Origin: Oikopleura dioica
Lineage: Eukaryota > Animalia > Chordata
Length of the DNA stretch: 64,000 nt
Reading direction: 5' to 3'
Assembly (NCBI GenBank): GCA_907165135.1
Contig: OU015567.1
Location: forward strand, 14,632,001 to 14,696,000
The notes beneath the pieces were generated by a model. The model had not been told where the DNA came from, searched no databases, and was given only the letters and a program-made list of their open reading frames with translations. Positions 28,255-44,958 of the stretch are shown piece after piece. The translations under genes and the position numbers were made by a program. The first letter of the stretch is position 1; every line of letters starts with the position of its first letter.

Positions 28255-28952
28255 TCAGTATTGTCGAGAAGAGGGTCGGCGGCCGTAGTACTGTGGCGAG
28301 CGGGAGCGGTCTCGGCTCGGGTAACGAGAAGTGTGGTCTCTTACCACTGTGATGTGCATTGGTCGCCCTAGAATAATATTGATCCTATCTGGCACGGTCA
28401 AGAGACAAACCATCAAGAAGCACACCATCGTACTGTACTTGAGCGTCGTTGGCAAATTCCGGTCGGCGAAAAACAATCTCCGCGGAGCCTGTGGACTTGC
28501 CCTGGCTGTTGAAGAGCACGGAGACCCGCTTGATGTCTCCGAATTCACGGAAAAGCTCCTAAAAATAATTAATTGAAGCCTCTTTTCGTTGTCACTACCT
28601 CCATATCGTCATCGGTAACGCCGTAGTCGAGATTGTCTATGATGATCTTGCATCCAGAGCGATCGAGAGTCCGATTCTCTCGATCAAATCTCTTTCCGTA
28701 GCGAGAACGAGGGCGGGACACAGGGGATCTCGAGCGCGAGCGAAACGATGAACGACGATTTCCAGCCATGGAGGAGCGGGGTCGTCTTCCATCTTCGTCG
28801 TACAAATCGTGTTCCCAGAATGCGGGACTGCGACTGCGGTTATTGTTGTTGTAATAACCGCCGGATCGACGACGCCCTCGTTGATCAGGTCGATTGACAC
28901 TGATGCGGCGTTTTGCGATGTAATCATCCAAAGACAAGTCCTCCGTGCTCAT
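28255..28952 (-). CDS. ALYREF-like tandem paralogue, RS-rich, lacks C-UBM
   Basis: DLSLDDYIAKRR, WEHDLYD, RRM IDNLDYGVTDDDM..GKSTGSAEIVF..YDGVLLDGRPM; same two RRM intron positions as the neighbour. Confidence 0.85.
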
Positions 28953-29971
28953 ACTGACGCTCTCAAGAGTCTCTGAAAATACGACTTGCTAGAAAAAGAA
29001 CCTCGGACTGAGCTTATACTCGGAATGTGTATTGTAGCCATGAACAGTTACTTTCTTCAACGGAAAAAATTAATCAATTGTGAGAAATTGAAATTGAATT
29101 TTCGAGAAACATAAAAAATAAAGAATAGAAGGGTTGATGATGATCAAGGATTGGTCAATACTGAAAGGGTTTGTCTTGCTTCACAATTTACTGCGAAATG
29201 TTTGAGAGTCAAGCAGTGTGTGAGATTTGGAGCGAGCTTTTGTACAGAAAGGCCTTTAGGATAGAACATAAAACTAGAAATAGTAAATGGTTGAAGAATA
29301 TTTTATCTTTTTTATCTGGATTGAGAATCAATAAGGGGTTTATAAATTTTAAACTGGTATTAACTTTTGAAACATGCTTCAAATCTGATTGTTTAAAAAA
29401 CTCTATTCGACTTGATCTTATTCACTTGAAATTTCAAGTAATATAATCACGTGGCATCAGCCTAGGCATCTTAGAAGTACGATCCAGTCACAAGAAACAT
29501 ATTTTCATGAGAAATTTTGAACGCAATTTGTTGAACTTTATTCATATCATAGAAATGCTGTTGTGCAGTTTTTTTCCAAGCATTTTCGAGTTTTTCATGT
29601 GAACCAATGGGTTTTGTCATAGTTGGCACTTAGTGAACGAAATAAAGATTTTTTAGATAGGATTCTTTTCGGTGAATGTTTGTTTTCTTTAGGTTTGGGC
29701 CTTCTTTTTGTGCTTGGAATTGGGAGAAAGACAACAGTACAGAAATATATATATAAGATGAGAAAAGAATATGAATGCAAATCAGAAATTTTAAAAATCA
29801 ACAATTTTTGTGATAACGAAAGGCACTTTTTCATTACATTCTTCGTGACAATGAATGAAATGTGCGCTAGTGAATCTAGCGAGGATGAGAAGTGTGTGGT
29901 TGTTTGGGTTTTTGGAGGTAATATTGAAAACTTGAAGGATTTGAATTTTTGGAGGAGTGTGGAGGAGAATG

Positions 29972-35401
<5,430 letters not shown>

Positions 35402-36543
35402 TTTTTTCTATTTTCCGATTTTCGATTGTATCTCTCTCATCCGAACACACTTCGCCACAGTCTCTGAAAAATATAATCTTGCATTTATGAAAAAACGGTG
35501 TTTTTAACGCTTGACGCCGCCGGGATCGCTCAATAACATAACCATTGGTCGACATTTGAAGGAAAAATGAGATTTACAGCTGCCAAGAGCAGCGAGAAAA
35601 AAAAGCTCTTTTGAACAATGGAGGCCCACTCCCGCCTCATGCTCTTTGCTCAGTAGCATGCGCAGCATAATCTCAGCATAATTAACTCATTTTTTGACAA
35701 AAAAATGTCAAGCTCACTTTTTTACGTTTTACGGATGCGTAGGTTTCGTTAATTTCCCCAAGCTCAAACTCTCAAAAACGCTGAAGTCTCTGTAGCGCTC
35801 AGAATTGGAGAAAGCGAGAGAGGAGAGCGTAAATCATGACTTGTATAAAAGCAAACATGCGTTGAAAATATTCTCATTGAGGCGCAAGCAAATATTAAAA
35901 GAAAAATGTGAAAAAAATCGATCGAAAAATGAAGGAAAATGGGGCGATTTTGAACTTGAACGGATTTGCCGGTGAAAATCCCGGATCAGATAAAGAAAAG
36001 AAAACATAATGGTCCGGCTTCACTTCTTCGTTGATTTTTTCTCCTTCACTCGAGTTAAAAATCGTTGAAAACAAAAAGCGGTGCCAATCATTTTGGTGAT
36101 TAGATGGCGGTACTCATCGTTGATTTCATGAATCGTCTGTTTTTTGAAAAAAAAAAGCTTTATTGTTAGATTTTTATTGCACATAGGTTTTTGCGAATAA
36201 TTGAACTATAAATTGAAAATAAGCAAAAGATAAAAAAAAAGAAGAAGAAGTAAGTGAAATTTTGGGAATTGCACGGATATGATGAAAGATGCGACAGTTA
36301 CAGTTATAATAACAAGTAATGATGGTTTTGCTTGAAAGGAAGTGTACGTGAAGGTGGGTATACGAAACGAGTAAGCAAGAAATTGGAGAAACGAGAAGGA
36401 TTTTGGTGAGAAGCTTCAAGTGCAAGGGGATTTGTGGCAATATTAGAGCTGGCTAATACCGTTATGTTTAGAAATGTTTCAATTTGTGATTCTTTTTTAA
36501 TTTAATAAGGCAAGATGCTGTACTGAAAAGGCGCTGGAGGAAG

Positions 36544-37668
36544 TTAAATCTCGTTGAGCGCTTGGAGTGTCTGGTCCAGTTCCTGCTGGACGGCGTCTTT
36601 TTTCTTTTGCAGATTGTCGAGTTCGACTTCGTAACTCTCGACAGCCTTGACGAGCTGGTGATTTTCTTTGACAAGAATGTCGTTCGTCCGCTCCAGCTCC
36701 ATGTTTGCCTGGCTCAAATGGCCGATGCGATTTTCGAGCTATAAAGAACAAGGTCACATTTTTAAATACGTAGCGCTAAAACGCGAAAATTCGTGATGTC
36801 AGAGCTTGAACGCTCGGCGGGTACACTGTTTGCATGCCGCCACTTTGCAAGCGTGTGTTTAACTTTCAACTCTGTCTGATGAGAGGAGAAGCCACTCATG
36901 ATTTTGGCACGGCTCCATTTTCATAACGCAAATAGTAACAAATTTGGACAAATCAAAAAGGCCAAGCATAATTCAAGATTGAGATATTAATAAATAATTA
37001 CATGAGTTTCTCGAGCAGCAAATTGCTCATCAGAGGCCTCAAACGACTTCCGTTCATTTGATAATTGGCGGACTTCTTCCTTCAGTCGAGCGTTTTCGAT
37101 CGATAATTTATCCACGCGATCTTCACTCCTCTCGAGCTCGCTTTCGAGAACGTTGAGTTTTCTTGCGCATTCTAGTAGCGACTGTTAATGACATAAAACG
37201 AGGACGAGCATACCTTCATATCTTCGATCGCTGTCGTTAGCGCTCATTTGCGCCGTCTTGAGTGCATGTTCTTGTTGGTCGAGCTTGTCGTAATTTGTCT
37301 GTTCCGCGTTTTCCAACGATCGAAGAGCAACATCAGCCTCGTCTCGTGCTCTTTCCGAAAGCTCGAGTTTTTTCATCGTCTGCGCGAGCGTGTCCTCTGT
37401 TCTGTCTAGATCCGATTCTAGCAATTGACACTAAGGAAAAGAGGGTTAACTGGTTGATAGCAAGGAAGAGAACTGACTTTTCTGACGAGAGAAGTGGCTT
37501 CTTGTTCGTAGTGTTCTCGCTCGTTCTTTTGTCTTTTTAGCTCGTCCCGTAAATGCTGAATTTCTGAAAATCACAGTAATTTTTTCTTGTCAAATATTAT
37601 TTTTTACCTTCATCTTTACGTTCGATTTCGTCCTTTAGCGCATTTATCTTTCTCTTTATCGTCTCCAT
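36544..37668 (-). CDS. Tropomyosin-like protein
   Basis: METIKRKINAL start; LLESDLDRTED, ANDSDRRYE, LESELERSE; ends ELDQTLQALNEI. Confidence 0.85.
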
Positions 37669-38500
37669 CTTTCTAAAAAATCAAAATAAAACCTCGACCT
37701 TCTTGGCGAAAAAAGTATCAACCTCCGGTGTCCACTTCTTTGACACTTGTTTTCGGAATCTACGGTAAGTGCTCCCCGGTGGTGCTACTCGTCGACCTGG
37801 CGAATAATGAAATGAAGAAGCCGGTGGCAATTAGGGTTGAAATTGGGGAGGAAATTTGACAGAAAATGCCTCGGGGCTACAATTCTATCGACTGGTGAGT
37901 CAATTCTAACGATCGTTGATGATAAAATTGCTGATTTCAAAGCCACTTTTAAAGCTGACTCTTCAACTCTTTTAGAATTTATTTTTTTATTGAAAAAAGA
38001 ATAACAGAATGGAAAATTAATGTTTTATTGATTTTCCTATTAAAATATGCGTGGTAGTTATTTTTAGTTTGAATGACTTTGATTTCTTGAAATTATTAGT
38101 GAATTAATGAAATTTGAAAAGCTATGATTTTTTAGTAAAATAGTAATAAGTGGATAGTAAAATAACACGAATCGTACAAGACATGAAACGGCAACGCATC
38201 AGAACTACGGTATCAGGAAAGGAAGCATCTGGTTCAGAGTTCAAGTGTTGAATAAAAAAGGATCAACGAACTTTCTCTTTATTTTTTTTTTCTTCTTCCT
38301 CCTTTTGCCATCTGCAGTAGATTTTTGTTTGAGTAAGGATTGAACTTGGAGAGCGGGGAACGGTCCCGGCTGCTACTTGAGAAGGCAAGCTTCAACTTAC
38401 AGTAAGTTAACTTTGGGATTGTTTCAGTTTTATGCCTTGCAGCGATCACGAACACGACCCGGAACGGTGTTGAGAGAATAGCCGAGGGCGGAAGATCAGT

Positions 38501-39691
38501 TCAGGTTCGACTGTCGTTGTTTGCTCGCGCCTGTCGCTGACCACGATAGCCTGAATTTTTCATCAGATCAAGAAATACTAGGAACAGTCTTGATAAGTCG
38601 GCTACCATGAAATTTTATAGTTTTCGAAGTTTATTGGTATTTCATATAATTGCAAGAAATGTAAAATTGAACATCTCCTAACAATCCTATTCAAGGCTTT
38701 AAATTTGGATTCATTTTCATCAAAATTTTTGAAAAATAAAATTCTCATTCATATTTAGTTTTTGTTGTGAGTTCGCTCAACTTCCGGCCTTTTTATTCGG
38801 TTACTTGGTCAGAAGAGGGCGCCGTAGTCAATAAAATTCCATGCGGGATATCAATCTGACTAAGAAACTCGCATCTATGGCGATTTCGAGTTGGCTTCCA
38901 GAAATTAGACTAACAAGATAGACTGATAGAAATCAGCACTGTAACTTACCAGAAGCTCTGTTTCCTCGTCCTCGATTGCCGCCTCCCGGTCTTCTGTTGT
39001 GTCCCTCATTGTAATGTCCTTCTCCGTTTCTTCCCTCATCATTTCTCGGTTTCTGGTTTCGATTGCCTCGATGCCCGCGGTATCCTCTTCCACCACCGCG
39101 GCCTCCTCTTCTTGGCGGAGGAGCATCGCTGTGTTCTTGAATCTGCTCTTGATTTTCTCTTGCTCGATTTTGAGGCTTTTGAGAAGGACTGGAAGAGCCG
39201 CCATCTTCTCCGAGAATTCGACGTCGCGCTTCTGCGTATGCTCTTTCTCGCTCTTCTAGCGTCCTGAAAAGATCATTTTGGAAGAGGAAAAGGGGACTTG
39301 GTCTTACTTGTCGACGGGTTTTTCAGCCTGAACTTGTTTCGCGCCAGTGGAAGGAGCATTGTCTCGCTTCATGATTCTCACTGTCGGTTGAGCTTCGATC
39401 GGTCCATTCATTGTTCGGGCGGTACTGACAGTTGTATCGTTCCATTGCGAATGCTAGGGAAAAGGTTTATCAGATGGAAAAACAAGATATTTAAAGCGTA
39501 AAAGACACAATAGAGAAAATAGAACTGATCAAAAAATAATGTCTAACAGACAATTTCAACAGAAATGAGTATTTTCCGATAAAAAAATAACTTACAGCTC
39601 TGTGGGAGTTAATTTTAACCCTTGAAATTTTCTCCTCTAGTTCTTCGACATGAACATCCTGGTCATTCCACGGATCTGCAATTAGCGACAT
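38501..39691 (-). CDS. SUZ-domain RNA-binding protein (SZRD1-like) with RGG tail
   Basis: PTVRIMKR ... KTLEERERAYAEARRRILG (SUZ), then RRGGRGGGRGYRG; this frame is not in the ORF track. Confidence 0.78.
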
Positions 39692-39950
39692 CGATTTCTA
39701 GAATTGTTGATCGTTAATTTTTCATTTTTTCTGCATAAATTTCTCGATTTCAGTTTAAAAGGAACGAGCTCTGGAAATTTGAAAAACCCGGAAAGTCGGA
39801 TTTTTCGAATTTTTGGAAAAGAGCGAAAAAATTGATTGGGCTCTGGCCGCGCTCGCCCACGCCCAGTTCGGAGCTGTTTGAAGAAGCGCGCGGAAGCGAG
39901 GCTCAAGAAACGATCAGACGATTTTGAATGGAAGGCGAATCCTAAGAGAC

Positions 39951-42900
39951 ATGATTCAGAAAGAAAATGCTGAAAGCGAAAAAGACGGGGAGGTTCTGAG
40001 GATTACGAAGAGAGAACTGATTCAAGGATTTATATCAGGTATCAACTTTTTTGTGCTCATCTTTAAGTTCTAGAGAAGAAGGCCAAGAACGCATAAATTT
40101 CAATTTTCTATTATTATTCAGTAGGAACTTCATAGATGCAGAAATGTAGCTTAGAAATCCATTGTAGAATCATTTTGTATATTATTTGACTTTAATCCCT
40201 TTGAAACTACTTACGAAGACTCCGTTTCATTTTTAAAGTGGAGCTCACATCGCTTCAAAATGAATTTATTTTCAACCAAAGCCAAAAGAGGGCGCTAAGA
40301 AACGAGTGATTTCAGCGACGATAATGTCATTCAGTTTTTCGATATCCCGCAGTGCCACTGTGTCTTTCTAAAAATTTTACTAATCCTATCTTTTTCAGAA
40401 ATCTCCGTCTCCCAGAACCGCTGCCTGCGCCTTCTCTCCCTCCCCAACTGCGATTTGGAGCACTTCGACGTGATTCTCCGCCAATGCCCGTCTTTGGAAT
40501 GGCTCGATCTTTCTCAAAATCTGATCGACTATCTTCCCTCCGGAAACGCCTTTGCCCGCGCCAAGAACTTGAAACTGCTCAATCTGCACAACAACGGAAT
40601 TCATACGGTCAAATGCCTCCTCGGATTATCTTTTTGTCAGGGACTCATTGGACTCACGCTCTACAATACCCCGATTGCTTCGCGAAAAGGATATAGGCAC
40701 CGGCTTAAAATACATCGTTTCCTTTATTTTCTTTGAGAAAAATTTTCCAAGAGCGAGTTTTGTCAATTTTCATTTATTTTCAAAGCCTCAAAAAGACATC
40801 ACATGCTGAACACAGTTTACTCTCTGAAAGCCCTGGACCATTTCATCGCTTCGGATCAAGAATTAATCGAAGACGCCAACTTCAAAAACGCCGATTTCCG
40901 CCCTTTCGGCAAAAATTTCCGCATCAACCTACTGCCCGCTCTTTTTTCGCCCTCTTCACTTGCCAAGATCATCCACCAAATAACGCATGTTATGTGCCAC
41001 TTTTCGCCAGTGACGCTGATCCAGCGAGTCGTGAGAGGACATCTTGTTCGTCGACGAATCAGCAGAAACGGCGGCAAGCCATTTCGTCCAGCTTCGGTGA
41101 AACCGAGAGGGCGAGATCTTCTCCCAGAAGAGTGGAAGTTCGAAAAAGGATCGGTGGAGATCAACGAACGAAAACTACGGGAAATACTCAAGGACGAAAA
41201 CGAGAAAAACGCGAAAGACTTCTGGCGAGAACTCTCCTTTCCCGATTTGAGCAAAAACAGCGTAGAAGATGGCCTGTACGGAAAATCGACGAAAATCGCA
41301 GATGCAGAACGAGCACTTCCATTTGAAGCGCTTCGGCGAAAACAAGCACATGAAATTGAAAAAAGAAATCTGGAAATTTACAGAGACGCGCTGGCGGAAA
41401 ACACGCTAGAAGAAAAAACGGAAAAATTGCGAGCCTGGAAAGCGGAGAAAAATGCAAAAAAGAATGCGCGAAATGCGACAAACGATATTCTGAGGCGAGT
41501 TTCGAGGAGTATCGATGCTGCGAAAGCGATTGAGTCGGCGTATTTGATTAGAGACAAGAAGACGAGGCATGTGAAGACAGTCGAGCGCAAGAATAAATTG
41601 AAACAAGAAGAGGCTAAGATTCAAGAAAATATTGAACATTTCAAGGTACTTTATTTTTTTATATGGCATTCGTTTGTAGACATAATAAAAAACAATACAA
41701 ACATTATTCCTTTGCCAATAGAGACTTCAGATGCTCAGTCTGACTAACTGATGATGTATCATTTTGAGTTTTTTTTTATTTAAGTTATATATAGAAAACA
41801 ATATGAAAATATCTATTTAGGAAACGTACCGAATAAATGCAGTATCAGCACGAAAAGCAGAACGCCAGGAAATCAACGAGTTCCTTGCGGCCCAATCTCA
41901 ACAAATTTACGATAAAAAGAAGAAACTAATCAGCGACTTCCGCGAAGAGAAATCGTCAAAAGACAAGGATCTGAAATGGAAGCGCGAGAACCAGCGAAAA
42001 TTCTCAGAATATTATGTCAAGCTTGAAAAAGAAATCATCAAATATAACGTGCGAATCAACAGAGAACAGTACATTTCCAAGTGCAGAGAGACCTCCGAGC
42101 GAGTTAGAGACGACCTCGAAGCTGGAAAGGATAGAAAGTTCAATCTTCTGGCGCAGGATATGCAATACTATCATAGATATAATAACAGATATCGTTCAAG
42201 GCTGCAGAATTCTCGAAAGTAAGCTTACTCGAAAAATATTGGTCCCGATTTTAAGGGTAATCCTATACATCGGCGCGGCGCTGCTCGCTCGATCCGCGCT
42301 ACGCCAGAACCTATTTTTCACTAGCCCATAAAATCCGAACGGAGTGAGAGTTTTTCAAAATTCAAAAAGATTTAAGATGCTTAAACTCTCTACTATTTCT
42401 CTAGCAAAAATGAAAAAAATCGGCAACAAGGAACCATTTGAAAACCGCCGGTTTCCTTCGAAAGACATTTCCCGCCACATTTCTCATTCAAATTTCACAA
42501 AAATCAGATGGTCTTGTAGAGAATCGTCTGCTCTACAATTCCTGTTTCTTAGATTTTGATTATGTGCTCTCAATAATTCTCTTTGATAGTTTGAAGAGAG
42601 TGCTTTTCTTTTCTGCGCGAGCGCGCTGTGAGAAATAGGAAGCAAAGAGGCGCGAGGAAGAATAGCGCTCTTTTCAAATGACCATGTAAAATTATTGAGA
42701 GCATAAAATAAAAATCTAAGAAACAGGAATTGTAGAGCAGACGATTCTCTACAAGACCATCTGATTTTTGTGAAATTTGAATGAGAAATGTGGCGGGAAA
42801 TGTCTTTCGAAGGAAACCGGCGGTTTTCAAATGGTTCCTTGTTGCCGATGTTTTTCATTTTTGCTAGAGAAATAGTAGAGAGTTTAAGCATCTTAAATCT

Positions 42901-43310
42901 TTTTGAATTTTGAAAAACTCTCACTCCGTTCGGATTTTATGGGCTAGTGAAAAATAGGTTCTGGCGTAGCGCGGATCGAGCGAGCAGCGCCGCGCCGATG
43001 TATAGGATTACCCTTAACGGAGAATTAAAGGATGTCAGCATTTTAACTGATTTTGACGGCATGTTGCCTTAAAAATCCGTTAAAATAGGGGCCCCTTGAT
43101 GAATATTTAATCCGTTAAGATGCGGATATCCTCCGGAACTTTGCCCGTTAAAATGGGGACCACCTATTTGATTTGAACGGCGAACTCAACAATTTTCTTT
43201 GTAGCAAAGTGCGCGAGAAAATCGAAAAACGGACGCTGGAAGCTCATGACTACGTCAACACAAAAACTACCAGAGAACCTTTTCAACTTCCCTACGTCGA
43301 ACCAGCTTGA
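39951..43310 (+). CDS. LRRIQ3: Leucine-rich repeat and IQ domain protein 3
   Basis: LRRs LEWLDLSQNLI, LKLLNLHNNGI; YNTPIASRKGYRH..LKALDHFIASDQELI; IQ SPVTLIQRVVRGHLVRR; start tentative. Confidence 0.8.
42240..43162. mobile_element. Older small MITE interrupted by the foldback
   Basis: Removing the foldback plus one TTAA restores TGGTCCCGATTTTAACGG, the inverse of CCGTTAAAATGGGGACCA (43145-43162); CCGTTAA(A/G)AT repeated three times. Confidence 0.65.
42255..43013. mobile_element. Foldback MITE with TTAA target duplication (Kolobok-like)
   Basis: TTAA|GGGTAATCCTATAC ... GTATAGGATTACCC|TTAA; 303-bp arms with one mismatch; in the last LRRIQ3 intron (42219-43204). Confidence 0.9.
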
Positions 43311-43643
43311 AAACTTTCTTCTTTCTTTCCATTATTTATATTCTATCATTTATACAAAATATACTTTATTTTCATACAACCCGCCGCGTGAGTGTGTACG
43401 TCTCTCTTTTCGTACAGTAAAAATAAGCTTGTAAATCGATGCGAGGATGTATTTTTGGTCAATCTAAAAGGAAAAAGTATTGATCTACTTTTAATTGTTT
43501 TTTCTCTTCTCTGAGCGTCGCCGTACTTTCCTGATTATCTTTAGAAAGTAAATAAAATGGAAGTTACGTCATATCACTTATTCTGTTTGTGACGACTGTC
43601 TATTGAAGATCTACAAAGAGAGAAAGGGAGAGAGGATCGGAAA

Positions 43644-44845
43644 ATGAAGGAAATAAAGGTTTTTGCTGGCTCCTCTCATCCAGGCGCGAGCTCGAAATTT
43701 GATAAAAAGAGGTTAGGAAGGAATGTTATAGAGCTCTTGCAGCGCTCGTCGGTCGAATATGCGAGCGACTTGGAATCAATCCGGCAAAAGCCAAAACTAC
43801 AAAGTTTAAGAATAAAGAAACAAACGTCGAAATCCAGGTTTACTTTATTCTTGAGCATCGACAAGAACATGTTCTTTTTGCAGGAGTCAGTGCGCGGCTG
43901 CGATTGCTACATCGTCCAAACTTCCAACGAAAAAGTCAACGATTTAGTGATGGAGACGTTAATCATGACGAGTGCTTGTGTGACAGCTTCGGCAAATCGG
44001 GTTTTTGTTGTTCTTCCGTGTTTTCCGTATTCGAGGCTGGATCAGCGCGGCGCAGAAAGAAAAGCAATCGGTAAATTCATGAATAGAGGATTATTCTGCT
44101 TTTACTTTCCAAAGGAGGAAAGCTTATCGCGAATTTATTAACGACGGCTGGTGCAACTGCTATTATAACGATGGATTTGCATTCTGAGCAAACGGAAGGA
44201 TTCTTCGATATCCCCGTGGATAATCTTCTTGCCCGGCCTCTGATTGTACAGGTAGCCGAAATCCGATTAACCACTCTCTCACATTTTGCAGTGGCTCAAG
44301 CAGCACTACAAAAATCCCGAATCGTGCGTGATCGTCTCTCCCGACGCTGGGGGAGTGAAACGGGTTACTGCGATTGCCGATCGCTTCAAAACAGGATTCG
44401 CGATTTTCCATCGGGACCAAAGAAAAGAAGCCACTTCTACACGACACGCTGTTATCGGCGACGTGAAAGGAAAAGCCTGCATAATTGTGGACGATTTGGC
44501 CGACACTTGTGAGACGCTTCTGACTGCCGCTCGGGCGCTGAAAAACTGCGAGGCAGCTTCTGTAATCGCCATCGTCACTCATGGACTGTTCTCTTTTGAC
44601 TCCATCGAGAGGATCGAGAAAAGCGCGATTGATAAACTCATTGTGACGAACACCCTACCTCAAGCAGAAAACCTTACAAAAGTATAGGAAAATCAACTCG
44701 TTTCCATAGGATAAAACTGCATTTTCAGTCCTCCAAACTCGAAATAATCGATATTTCTCAACTTCTGACCGAAGCCATTCGTCGAACTCACAACAGCGAA
44801 TCTGTACGAGCATTGTTTGATACCGTTCCCGGAATCTGGAACTAG
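43644..44845 (+). CDS. PRPS: Ribose-phosphate pyrophosphokinase
   Basis: [57 protein letters not shown]. Confidence 0.93.
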
Positions 44846-44958
44846 AAGAATCTCAAATTGTTTCTCATCTCCTTATTACCTCATTTTATTTATTGCTTCA
44901 TTTGATTTTGAACTTTTTCATTTTTCCAATCTTTCAATAAAATTTGCAAAAAACTAGA

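Noticed and set aside
42344-42924. Near-identical ORF pairs on opposite strands
   Set aside because: Mirror products of the foldback palindrome inside an intron
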